From IMG/VR virus record IMGVR_UViG_3300027541_000695, positions 5,639 through 69,638 of that record: DNA of 64,000 nucleotides, one strand, 5' to 3'. The translations under genes were made by a program, and so were the position numbers. The DNA comes from a virus. This document shows, piece after piece, positions 47,001-55,834 of the stretch; within the stretch, counting starts at the first letter, position 1; the number at the start of each line of letters is the position of its first letter. The notes beneath the pieces were generated by a model. That model was not told the origin of the DNA, ran no database searches, and saw only the letters and a list, made by a program, of their open reading frames with translations.

Positions 47001-47236
47001 GTTTTGTTAAAAGTAAAGAAGAAGTTATAAAAGACGCATATAGAGTGGCTTGTGAAGTTGTCTCAACTGAACTTAGCCCATTAAAGAACGAATATGGCGC
47101 CTATGTTCCTCCATATCGTCAATTTGAGCTTATAGAAAGCGCTATTACTAGAGGTATAGAAGTAGCACTAAGATCATTAGTTAATAACTACTATTCTAAT
47201 AGTGATTTTGAGCAAGACATTAAACTGTTTCCATAG
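46997..47236 (+). CDS. Hypothetical protein
   Basis: ATGA coupling to the helicase. Confidence 0.6.
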   Translation: MSFVKSKEEVIKDAYRVACEVVSTELSPLKNEYGAYVPPYRQFELIESAITRGIEVALRSLVNNYYSNSDFEQDIKLFP

Positions 47237-47251
47237 TATAATTTATGTATT

Positions 47252-47776
47252 ATGGCTCGCTCTACAAATAAAGCTGGACTTAACTTAATCAAAGACTTTG
47301 AAGGTTTGCGTTTGAAGCCATATCTTTGCAGCGCTGGGGTACCTACCATAGGGTACGGAAGCACTTACTATGAGAATGGGACAAAAGTTTCTTTAAAAGA
47401 CAAAGAGATAACCGAAGAAAGAGCAGAAGAACTGCTTGCGTTTCATCTGAGAGAGCACGAACAACACGTTAATAATCTAGTTAAAAGTTCAATAGCAGAT
47501 AATCAATTTGCAGCCTTAGTATCTTTCTGCTATAACGTTGGACCCGGCTCTTTAAAGAAATCAACTCTTTTAAAGATGGTAAATGAAGGTAAACTTAATG
47601 ATGCTGCGGAGCAATTTTTAAGGTGGAATAAAGCTGGTGGCAAAGAGCTTGCAGGTCTTACAAGAAGAAGACAAGCAGAACGCTCTTTATTCTTAAAAGA
47701 AGACAATACACAAGAAGATCCCTCTGAAGAAGAGATAAATCAAAAGCTTTCCGACATAGAAAAAGATCTCATATAA
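47252..47776 (+). CDS. Endolysin, GH24 (T4/P22-type) lysozyme
   Basis: FEGLRLKPYLCSAGVPTIGYG (E-x8-C-x5-T triad), FAALVSFCYNVG and GLTRRR. TATAAT at 47237-47242. Confidence 0.92.
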   Translation: MARSTNKAGLNLIKDFEGLRLKPYLCSAGVPTIGYGSTYYENGTKVSLKDKEITEERAEELLAFHLREHEQHVNNLVKSSIADNQFAALVSFCYNVGPGSLKKSTLLKMVNEGKLNDAAEQFLRWNKAGGKELAGLTRRRQAERSLFLKEDNTQEDPSEEEINQKLSDIEKDLI

Positions 47777-47782
47777 TTTTAT

Positions 47783-47866
47783 GGGGCTATAGCTCAGCGG
47801 TAGAGTCAATGCTTAGGGATTAACATATTTAAGCAGAATGCGATGGTTCGAATCCATCTAGCCCCG
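47783..47866 (+). tRNA. tRNA-like gene with a non-canonical enlarged anticodon arm (isotype not assignable)
   Basis: Acceptor GGGGCTA/TAGCCCC, D arm GCTC-AGCGGTA-GAGT, T arm GATGG-TTCGAAT-CCATC. Anticodon region is TGCTTAGG-GATTAACATA-TTTAAGCA. No encoded CCA; TATAAT at 47772-47777. Confidence 0.7.
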
Positions 47867-47905
47867 TTAAATTAACCCCTCTTTCATCCTAATTTTACAA
47901 ATTCT

Positions 47906-47992
47906 CTCCACTCTATTCTTCGTTCACGTAGTGAACGAACGTGCGCGAAGCGCACGTAGCTGGTGTAAGCTATAGGGAAGAATAGAATGGAG
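47906..47992. other. Structured four-way-junction element (ncRNA or ssDNA/cruciform signal)
   Basis: Outer stem CTCCA-c-TCTATTCTTC / GAAGAATAGA-a-TGGAG encloses three hairpins: GTTCAC-GTA-GTGAAC, ACGTGCGC-GAA-GCGCACGT and AGCT-GGTGTA-AGCT. Confidence 0.7.
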
Positions 47993-48091
47993 TGGTGGTG
48001 TTTGCTTATCTTTAATGGTACCCGTGAGAATAGCACTTTTAAGTTAAAAAAATATTTTTTAAAAAATAATTCTTTTGAGTATAAAGACATT

Positions 48092-48622
48092 ATGCAAAAT
48101 AATGCTATCGTTAACACGGAATGGAAAAAGCAACTTAGTAAGATGACACAAGACATGTATAGGGTTGAATGTCAGGTTTTAGAGGGCGGTAAATTACCCG
48201 ATAAAAAACATTCATCAGACGCTGGATTTGATCTATATGCAGTAGAAGATATTACGATATATCCAGGCCAAACTCTTAAGGTTCCACTTAATATTAAGCT
48301 AAAATTGCCAAAAGGTACTTGGGCTAATATAACAGGAAAATCTGGTCTTGGTGCTCAAGGGTTGCTAGTTCATGCTGGTGTTATAGACGAGGAGTATAGA
48401 GGCGTTCCGCATGTAGTCATGGCAAACGTTAATCTTATAGAAAGATTGGATGAGCAGGGATATCCAGTCATGAGAGTGCAACCGATAGTTGTTAAAAAAG
48501 GTGAAAAATTAGCTCAACTCATCATGGCACCGTATGCACCTCATTTCTTTGTACAGCAAGTTGAATTAGTAGATTCAAATACTGCTAGATCTGAAGGCGG
48601 CTTTGGAAGCACGGGAAAATAA
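48092..48622 (+). CDS. dut: dUTPase (trimeric)
   Basis: DAGFDL, GKSGLG, GVIDEEYRG, KLAQLI and RSEGGFGSTG motifs. Start reassigned to ATG 48092, 6 nt after TATAAA at 48080-48085. Confidence 0.92.
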   Translation: MQNNAIVNTEWKKQLSKMTQDMYRVECQVLEGGKLPDKKHSSDAGFDLYAVEDITIYPGQTLKVPLNIKLKLPKGTWANITGKSGLGAQGLLVHAGVIDEEYRGVPHVVMANVNLIERLDEQGYPVMRVQPIVVKKGEKLAQLIMAPYAPHFFVQQVELVDSNTARSEGGFGSTGK

Positions 48623-48971
48623 ATCCGACATATACGATGAGCTGAAAAAGCTTTTTTATATGCGATATGGAGAAAAATTAGAAAATCTTAAGATTACTCC
48701 ATGGAGTAGACATGTTCATCCGATATTGTATATCGATGAAGACGAACATGAAATAACTTTATTTTTAACCTCTGATACACAAGAGGATACTACAGTAGGT
48801 TATTATAAACCCGTTAAAACCTATTTTTCACCTAAAAAAGGCAAAGAGAACTATGAAATAACTTATAGAGTCTCTGATCTAGATAACTTTAAAAAACATT
48901 TAGAAAAAATAGTTTGGAACTCTTTTGAAAAAGAGTTTGACATAGATCTTGACAAGAAACTTCAAGATTAA
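48603..48971 (+). CDS. Hypothetical protein
   Basis: ORF track; start uncertain. Confidence 0.5.
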   Translation: MEARENKSDIYDELKKLFYMRYGEKLENLKITPWSRHVHPILYIDEDEHEITLFLTSDTQEDTTVGYYKPVKTYFSPKKGKENYEITYRVSDLDNFKKHLEKIVWNSFEKEFDIDLDKKLQD

Positions 48972-48978
48972 GTATAAT
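48949..48978 (+). promoter_or_regulatory. Consensus sigma70-type promoter
   Basis: TTGACA-N18-TATAAT upstream of the methyltransferase-like/GroEL genes; AGGAG SD. Confidence 0.7.
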
Positions 48979-49001
48979 TCTCTAAGCATAGGAGAAACTG
49001 C

Positions 49002-49742
49002 TTGAACAATTTATCTAGTATCTTTCAAACAAATGTAAGGATTCACAATATGGATCCGATGCATAAAGATGCGGTTTGGCCAAAGAACGTCGAAATCTGC
49101 ATCGCAAGAATCCCTATAAGAAAAAGGGATGGATACGATACAGAAAAATTTAAAGAATTTGCTAAAAAACTTAAAAACTCTGTAATACCTAACGGAGTTG
49201 TTTTCTTGGTTTGTTATGCACCAACAGAAGCAAAATGGCGTCCATTTGAAGTAGCTAAAGCCATGGTAGATGCCGGTTTTAATCATATAGATAATATTCT
49301 TATTAAAAAGACCTGGTACCCTGGAAAAAGATCAGAAACTAATTTAGTCAATTCACACGAATATGTTCTTCATTTTTGTAATGGAGAGGTGTGGAAACTT
49401 GACAGATTACCAGTAAGAGAATATTTAAGCACCAACGAAGATATTTCGTGCCCAGGAAATACGTGGGAAATAGAAACAGGGTCTCTTGACGAAGCATATC
49501 CGGTAGATCTCGCAGAACTTCTTATAAGAATGACAGATTGTCTTCCTGGATCTGTTATATTCGATCCTTATTGCGGTGGAACAGGTTCGCTTAAGGCAGC
49601 ATTAAAGCTTGGTCATAGTTTTTATGGTTATGAAAATGATCCAAAACAGATTAAAAAATATGAAAAAATAGTTCAAGAGTACAATAAGCAGATGGATAAC
49701 GTGGTAAAGAAAATCAAGAAAAATCATAGGAAATTAAAGTAA
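49002..49742 (+). CDS. Beta-class N4/N6 DNA methyltransferase-like protein with a degenerate catalytic motif
   Basis: SHEYVLHF, YPVDLAELLI and VIFDPYCGGTGS..FYGYEND (SAM-binding) are present. The expected (D/S)PPY motif reads RIPI. Confidence 0.75.
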   Translation: MNNLSSIFQTNVRIHNMDPMHKDAVWPKNVEICIARIPIRKRDGYDTEKFKEFAKKLKNSVIPNGVVFLVCYAPTEAKWRPFEVAKAMVDAGFNHIDNILIKKTWYPGKRSETNLVNSHEYVLHFCNGEVWKLDRLPVREYLSTNEDISCPGNTWEIETGSLDEAYPVDLAELLIRMTDCLPGSVIFDPYCGGTGSLKAALKLGHSFYGYENDPKQIKKYEKIVQEYNKQMDNVVKKIKKNHRKLK

Positions 49743-51475
49743 TGGTTTACGAAAAAAGCAAAGCTAAAAGCATAACTGCAGATAGAAATGATATACGAAA
49801 AATCGTTAGTAATACTATTAACGATATGGCTACCGTTGTAGGTGCAACACTTGGACCTGGCGGTAGGGCAGTTCTGATAGAGCGCGACGGTCTATCTCCT
49901 CTAGTAACCAAAGATGGTGTCACTGTCGCTAAATCTCTTGGTGTTGCCAACGCTGAAGCTAATATAATTATAGAATCTGCAAAAGAGATATGTTTAAGAA
50001 CCGCTAAGCAAGCAGGAGATGGCACGACAACTGCTATTGTATTAGCTAACGCTATAACAAAAAATGGTCTTGAATTTCTCGAGAAAAATCCTAAATACAA
50101 CCCACAGAGAATGGTGAATGAGCTTAACGAGCTTTATACCAATGTTGTAGTTCCTTTTCTTAAAAAGAACGCTAAACCAGTTAAAGAAAGACATGAACTT
50201 ATAAATGTTGCCACGATATCTGCAAACGGTGACACTGCTATAGCTACTGCTGCAGTAGATGCAGTAATAGCTGCAGGCGAAGACGGTCAAGTCCTTATAG
50301 AGGAAGCAGATGAATCCGGTATAAGAGTTGAAACTATAGATGGTTGCATAGTTACTACAGGCTTAAAGGATCTTGGATCTATCGGTCTTGCTTTCATAAA
50401 CGATAGAGCTAATCAACAATCTAAGATGGATAACGGTCTCGTGTTTTTATACGACGGCACCATAAATGATCTAAAGGTTCCTGGTGCTATACAACAAGCT
50501 GTAGAACAGACAGATTTTTACGGTAAACCCATAATTGTCATAGCTCATGGATTCTCTGATGTAGTGCTATCTGCTTTTGCAAAGACAACAAAAGGTGGAT
50601 ATACAGTAGTACCTGTTAAAACTCCACTTGGTGGAGTGGCAAACTCAAGAACCATGTTTCTTCATGATATGGCAGCTTATACCGGCGCTACTGTCCATGA
50701 TCCCGGTACTTTAGATGCATGGATAACAGATGAAACTAAAGAAGATGGTGAAGGATTTGGTACTTTTCAAAATGCAAAGGTTACGCTATATGAAACTTTT
50801 ATAACTTCAGAAGTTAATTCTGCCTTAATAGAGGCTCGTATAGCTGAATTAAAGTCTATAATGCAGATCGCGCCAAATGAGAGAGAAAAGATGTTCGCTA
50901 AGGCAGCAATAAGCAAGCTAACTGGAGGCGTTTCTACTATATGGGTAGGAGGAGGCTCTGAATTAGAAGCTAGAGAGAAAAAAGCTCGAGTTGAAGACGC
51001 CGTTGAGGCTGTTCGCTCCGCTATTGCAGAAGGTATAATTCCTGGCGGTTGTGCAGCCCATCTAGTATTATCTGATATGGTTTCAAAAAATAGAAATGCT
51101 CCGCCTTCTTGGGAGATAATGGCAAAGGCGCTTAGAGCTCCGTTTGAGATGTTGCTGTCTAATTGTGGCGAAGATGTTAACGATATATGGAATGCTCTTC
51201 ACGTCCATGTCTCTAATATAGACATGGTTCCTCAGTATATATTTGATGCTAATGCACATAAGATTGTAGAAGCAGAATCCGCAGGAATAATTGAACCTGT
51301 TAAGGTATGTAGAGTAAGTTTAGGTAATGCTCTTTCTGTAGCTTCTTTGTTAATAACATTAGGCGGCATAGTTGTTACTCCTAGAGATTTTACACTAGAA
51401 AATCAACTTGCTCTTAGTAGAGATGCCTTTAAATCCATGATGGACCCTAACACTGGCTTTGTAGGGCAAGAGTAA
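49742..51475 (+). CDS. groEL: GroEL-like chaperonin
   Basis: TLGPGGR, TKDGVTVAK, AGDGTTTA, ATISANGD, EKKARVEDA and GIIPGGC motifs. No GGM tail. Confidence 0.92.
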   Translation: MVYEKSKAKSITADRNDIRKIVSNTINDMATVVGATLGPGGRAVLIERDGLSPLVTKDGVTVAKSLGVANAEANIIIESAKEICLRTAKQAGDGTTTAIVLANAITKNGLEFLEKNPKYNPQRMVNELNELYTNVVVPFLKKNAKPVKERHELINVATISANGDTAIATAAVDAVIAAGEDGQVLIEEADESGIRVETIDGCIVTTGLKDLGSIGLAFINDRANQQSKMDNGLVFLYDGTINDLKVPGAIQQAVEQTDFYGKPIIVIAHGFSDVVLSAFAKTTKGGYTVVPVKTPLGGVANSRTMFLHDMAAYTGATVHDPGTLDAWITDETKEDGEGFGTFQNAKVTLYETFITSEVNSALIEARIAELKSIMQIAPNEREKMFAKAAISKLTGGVSTIWVGGGSELEAREKKARVEDAVEAVRSAIAEGIIPGGCAAHLVLSDMVSKNRNAPPSWEIMAKALRAPFEMLLSNCGEDVNDIWNALHVHVSNIDMVPQYIFDANAHKIVEAESAGIIEPVKVCRVSLGNALSVASLLITLGGIVVTPRDFTLENQLALSRDAFKSMMDPNTGFVGQE

Positions 51476-52179
51476 TGGATACTATAAAACGCTTTATAGC
51501 AGAAAACAAACTAGTTCAATTTTTATTAGTTGGACTTTGCGGTATTGCTATAGGTGTTATATTTTATCCAACTAAAGAAATACAAGAAAAAGAAAAAATT
51601 AAATATGAGCAGCAAATATCAAAGTTATCTGAAGAGCATAAGATAGAGCTTAATAAGCTCAATGAATCTTTAAAAAAAGAGAAACATAGAGTTGTAACTG
51701 TTAATAAAGACTTAAGATCAAAGCTTGATAAAATCACTATTGAAAATAAAGAACTTAAGAACAAGCAAAAAGTTTCTTATTTTAAGCTTATAAAACCAGA
51801 TGGCACAATAGAAATAAAAAAATTCTCTGAATCTGAAGTTAATGAGTCTTCTCAAGTAATAACAAAGATTCAACAAGAATTTGAGTTTAGATTAAAGTCG
51901 GTTGAAGACAAGTGGGAAAAGATACACGAACAGCGCGTTTCCTCGATAAAAAAAGAGTTTGATAAAAAAGAAGAAGAATATAAAAAGCAGACACAAGAAC
52001 TTGAAAAAATCAAGATAACGGAAATAAATAAAAAGAAATTTGGGCTTGAAGTTGGATTGAATTTACAGAAACAATTATATGGCCACATTACTTACGATCT
52101 TTTTGGACCTTTATTTATTGGTTTACATTCTCAAGTAGGCTCCATAAACACTGGAGCGGGCATAGGTATACGTTTTTAG
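51475..52179 (+). CDS. Membrane-anchored coiled-coil protein with C-terminal beta-strands (spanin candidate)
   Basis: N-terminal TM helix, Lys/Glu-rich coiled coil, C-terminal amphipathic strands ending GAGIGIRF. Confidence 0.55.
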   Translation: MDTIKRFIAENKLVQFLLVGLCGIAIGVIFYPTKEIQEKEKIKYEQQISKLSEEHKIELNKLNESLKKEKHRVVTVNKDLRSKLDKITIENKELKNKQKVSYFKLIKPDGTIEIKKFSESEVNESSQVITKIQQEFEFRLKSVEDKWEKIHEQRVSSIKKEFDKKEEEYKKQTQELEKIKITEINKKKFGLEVGLNLQKQLYGHITYDLFGPLFIGLHSQVGSINTGAGIGIRF

Positions 52180-52191
52180 TATAAATAAAAC

Positions 52192-52539
52192 ATGCCAAAG
52201 TATAAATTTGTTTGTGATAATTGCGGCGATATAGCGTTAAAATACGTAAACGCTAGCACAGAGCACATTAAATGCCATGCTTGTCAAAAAGATATGAAAA
52301 GGCAACTTCCAAGTGCTGGAAGCCAAGCTGTAAAAGAAGTAGTTGATTCTTTTACGGGCACTAAACAATTTCAAGATCAAAAAGAAATACTTAAAGATAG
52401 GCAAGACGATTATTATTGGAATGTTGAAGTTCCTCGCCTAATACAAACCTATTCAATAGAGACCTGCTTAGAGCAAAAATGGTTAGTATTTAACGACAAG
52501 GGCGAGCTCGTAATAAATAAACCACCTAAAAAAAGATGA
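52192..52539 (+). CDS. FmdB-like zinc-ribbon protein
   Basis: MPKYKFVCDNCG..CHAC..MKR. TATAAA 6 nt before the ATG. Confidence 0.75.
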   Translation: MPKYKFVCDNCGDIALKYVNASTEHIKCHACQKDMKRQLPSAGSQAVKEVVDSFTGTKQFQDQKEILKDRQDDYYWNVEVPRLIQTYSIETCLEQKWLVFNDKGELVINKPPKKR

Positions 52540-54266
52540 AAATCAAGAACATTAAGATATCTAATATCCTTAGCATAGAGGATGCGTCTCTTTCATTTGA
52601 TGAAGATGGCCTAATGCTTGTTAAAGGTTGGGATTATGACACTAATAGATCAAATGGCGCTGGAAAAACATCAATATTTAACGCGTTATCATTCGCTTTG
52701 TTTGATAAATTGCCTAGAAAGATTACTGCATCAGAAATATTACGAAGGGGATGTAAGCAAGGAACTGTTGAGGTTACAGTCGAAGTTGGTTCTAATAAAT
52801 ACACTGTCGCAAGATCAAGGCCTAAAGGAGTTTCTTTCTCAGAGAATGGAAATCAGTTAACTATAACTCAAGAAGAGTTTGAATCAAAGATAGGCTTAAA
52901 CTACCATCAATTTATGATGATAGTTTATAGTTCTCAGACTAATTCTATAAGGTTTTTAGCAGCTAACGATGCAGAGAAAAAGAAGTTTATGTTGCAGCTT
53001 CTTAATATAGATAGTTTTTCAGCAGCAAAAAAGAAATCTGACGAAGTAATTAAAACGTTAGACAATAATTTAACTTTATTTAAAAGTCAATTAAGTAATA
53101 TAGAATCAAAAATTGAAGCTTATTCAGAGAGCATACACAACGAAGACGATATTAAAAGCCAAATTTCTATTATAGAAGAGAAAAATAAGCCTCTTAAAGA
53201 CAGCTTAATTAAATATTCTAGCGTTTTAAGGCCCGATCTTACTAAATATCAATCATTAGAGGATGATATAAACACAAAAAGATTAGCCTTATCCAAAGTT
53301 AAAGCCAAGAAAGAGATACTTAATCAGGAATATAATAAACTTGCGACAAGCGTTAAGCCTTTCTCTGGCGCTTCTTCTTGCTATGCATGCGGTGGTAAAT
53401 TAGATAATAAAATGGCAGCCGCCAACCATAATAAAGAAATGAGCGAAATTAAGCAGAAAATGCTTAATATAAAACAAGATATAGATCTTTGCGAAGAAAA
53501 ACTTAAAAAGGATCCATCTTACGTTGATTTACTAAAAAAAATAAAGGATAAAAAGAAGAATGAATCAACCGATTATGAGTTGGCACAATCTATGTGCTCT
53601 GATTTAAGAAGCAAGATTCAACTTAATTCTCAAAAAATCGAAGCATTAGACAGTAAACTTAAAAATAATGCCACATTAAAATTAAAAATAGAAAGCTTAG
53701 CTCAAGAAGTACAAAATTTAACTAGCAAAATAACAGAAACGAGTCAAAAAATAGATCTATATAAAACTATATCTAACATATATTCTTCTACTGGTGCTCA
53801 AGCGTACGTATTAGATTCTGTTATAGATCTTTTTAATGAATCTGTAGCCAAGCATATAGAGAAAATGTGGGATTTCGCATCTTACGAGCTTATTCCTTAT
53901 AAAGAAAAGGAAGACGGTGAACTAAGTACTAAGTTCTCTGAAAAATTTACCATAAATGGTAAGGAAGTTTCTGTCGGAAGTCTTTCTGGCGGAGAATATA
54001 GAGCGCTTTCTTTATGTGTAGATATTGCTTTAATAGAGGTTCTTGAACTTAGAAATGGCATATCTATATCTCCTGTCGTACTGGATGAGCCTTTTGATGG
54101 ATTAGATGCAGACGGTAGAGAGCTTGTTGTAGATATGCTTAAAACGATGTCTAATAGTAAGCAGATAATAGTTATAGATCATATGGCTGAACTTAAATCT
54201 ATGTTTTCAAAGACATTAACCGTAGAAAAAAGAAACGGAATATCTGCAATAACTATAGATACATGA
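52536..54266 (+). CDS. sbcC: SbcC/Rad50 (T4 gp46-like) ATPase
   Basis: SNGAGKTS Walker A, CYAC zinc hook in a coiled coil, LSGGE signature, LDEPFDGLD and IDH motifs. Confidence 0.9.
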   Translation: MKIKNIKISNILSIEDASLSFDEDGLMLVKGWDYDTNRSNGAGKTSIFNALSFALFDKLPRKITASEILRRGCKQGTVEVTVEVGSNKYTVARSRPKGVSFSENGNQLTITQEEFESKIGLNYHQFMMIVYSSQTNSIRFLAANDAEKKKFMLQLLNIDSFSAAKKKSDEVIKTLDNNLTLFKSQLSNIESKIEAYSESIHNEDDIKSQISIIEEKNKPLKDSLIKYSSVLRPDLTKYQSLEDDINTKRLALSKVKAKKEILNQEYNKLATSVKPFSGASSCYACGGKLDNKMAAANHNKEMSEIKQKMLNIKQDIDLCEEKLKKDPSYVDLLKKIKDKKKNESTDYELAQSMCSDLRSKIQLNSQKIEALDSKLKNNATLKLKIESLAQEVQNLTSKITETSQKIDLYKTISNIYSSTGAQAYVLDSVIDLFNESVAKHIEKMWDFASYELIPYKEKEDGELSTKFSEKFTINGKEVSVGSLSGGEYRALSLCVDIALIEVLELRNGISISPVVLDEPFDGLDADGRELVVDMLKTMSNSKQIIVIDHMAELKSMFSKTLTVEKRNGISAITIDT

Positions 54267-54278
54267 TATAATGCTTAA

Positions 54279-54962
54279 ATGGAAAAACTTTTAAAGAGCA
54301 TTAAAGAACTTAATACTTTGCTAAAATTTATTAAGCAGATTAAGGATAATCCATTGGTTCCCTCTCCTAAGATGCCCGGAGTGAAAAAATTAGGCTCTAT
54401 AAAGACTCAAAAAATCACAAAAATACCTGGCATAGCGCCAAATACTCTCAAGGACCCTAACAAAGTAGCTCAGCAATTCAAAAATCCCGCACCCAAAAAA
54501 CCAAAGATGGAAATTTTAAAAACAACTTCTAATGGCCAATGGGATCTTATTGAAAAGGCTGTCTGGGAACATACTCCGCATATAAAGCAGCAAGATTGTA
54601 AGTGCAGTGGCGCCAGTAGAGGCGACAACATGCATCACTACAGCTGCGTTGACGCTAATCCGAAACCAGCAGCAGAAACAGCTAGACCAAATATAGACAT
54701 TAAGCATGACATGTCTCCTAAATTAAAAGATGCTATAGATAAATTTAATAAGAATGTTAATGTAGGTCATATTAAGTGGGATCACGATGATGGACACGCT
54801 TATTCTTACATAGACCATGATTATGGCGACTGTGATAGTCACGATCTAGATGAAAAAGACGCCAATACGTATCAAGATGCAATCACTGAGTGGTTACATG
54901 AAAATGAGGGCCGTAACGCTATAGATTGTGCTCAAGGCGCGCCTTGCGGCTGCAATCCGTAG
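54279..54962 (+). CDS. Hypothetical Pro/Lys- and Cys/His-rich protein (possible internal head protein)
   Basis: TGA-TATAAT 6 nt before the ATG. LLKS and NGQWDLIEKA motifs. Confidence 0.55.
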   Translation: MEKLLKSIKELNTLLKFIKQIKDNPLVPSPKMPGVKKLGSIKTQKITKIPGIAPNTLKDPNKVAQQFKNPAPKKPKMEILKTTSNGQWDLIEKAVWEHTPHIKQQDCKCSGASRGDNMHHYSCVDANPKPAAETARPNIDIKHDMSPKLKDAIDKFNKNVNVGHIKWDHDDGHAYSYIDHDYGDCDSHDLDEKDANTYQDAITEWLHENEGRNAIDCAQGAPCGCNP

Positions 54963-54985
54963 ATTAAATCTTGTATAATATATAA

Positions 54986-55513
54986 GTGAAAAAGCCCAAA
55001 TATAATCAGAACTCCGTAATACGAGGAGCGCTTCGTAGGGCTTTTGCAAGATCTCCAATAGTTCAAGAGATCATGTCTCAATCTAGGCGCGAAGTACCAA
55101 GATACAAAAAAGACGGAACTAGACATAAAAAGAATTCAGTACAGCGTCAATGCCAGGTCTGCAATTCTTGGGTAAGTTCTAGCCAGATATCAGTTGATCA
55201 CATATCTCCTGTTATATCCGTAGATGATGGATTTCAGGACTGGAATGAGTTTATAGCAAGACTTTGGTGCAGTAAAGAAAACCTTCAAAGAATATGCGAT
55301 GAGTGTCATAATAAAAAAACATACGAAGAAAGAATAAATAGGTTGCTTAAAAAGTACATCGAAGAATTAAACATACTTGAAAAACAGATACTTGATAAAG
55401 TGATTGACCTTAAAATAGCTAAAAAACAACTTAATAAATATATCGCTAAAAATAAAACTAAAGGATTGGAATCCGTGGTAGAAAGAGCAAGAGAATTAAA
55501 ACAAAAATTATAA
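54986..55513 (+). CDS. HNH endonuclease
   Basis: CQVC..VDHISPV..NLQRICDECHNKKT. TATAAT 6 nt before the GTG. Confidence 0.85.
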   Translation: MKKPKYNQNSVIRGALRRAFARSPIVQEIMSQSRREVPRYKKDGTRHKKNSVQRQCQVCNSWVSSSQISVDHISPVISVDDGFQDWNEFIARLWCSKENLQRICDECHNKKTYEERINRLLKKYIEELNILEKQILDKVIDLKIAKKQLNKYIAKNKTKGLESVVERARELKQKL

Positions 55514-55522
55514 GGAATTCTT

Positions 55523-55834
55523 ATGGCGAAAATTGAATCTTTGAAAAAAGTGCTTAGTAAATCTTTTGTAGACAACCATGAAAATATCAATGAGGATGTG
55601 GCATCTGATCTTATCGTTAGAGCAGAACAAAAAATTAAAGAATTAAAAGAAGAACGCGCTGCCGATGAAAAATTAGCCCAGGCTCGACAGATTGTTAAAG
55701 ATCTTAGTTCTGCTTACAGCAGTGCGGTAAAATACGAACAAGCAAAGATCGACTTTCTTCTTCAAAAGATAGAAGAGATAAAATCCGGTGACGTTAATCC
55801 AACTTCTAGTCTTAATGGAGAACATAGAGTATGA
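55523..55834 (+). CDS. Hypothetical coiled-coil protein
   Basis: AAGGA SD; helical composition. Confidence 0.6.
   Translation: MAKIESLKKVLSKSFVDNHENINEDVASDLIVRAEQKIKELKEERAADEKLAQARQIVKDLSSAYSSAVKYEQAKIDFLLQKIEEIKSGDVNPTSSLNGEHRV

Noticed and set aside
47884-48156. Minus-strand 90-aa ORF and the 35-aa N-terminal extension of dUTPase (from 47987)
   Set aside because: Both run through the structured non-coding element and the promoter; the -10 box supports a dUTPase start at 48092.
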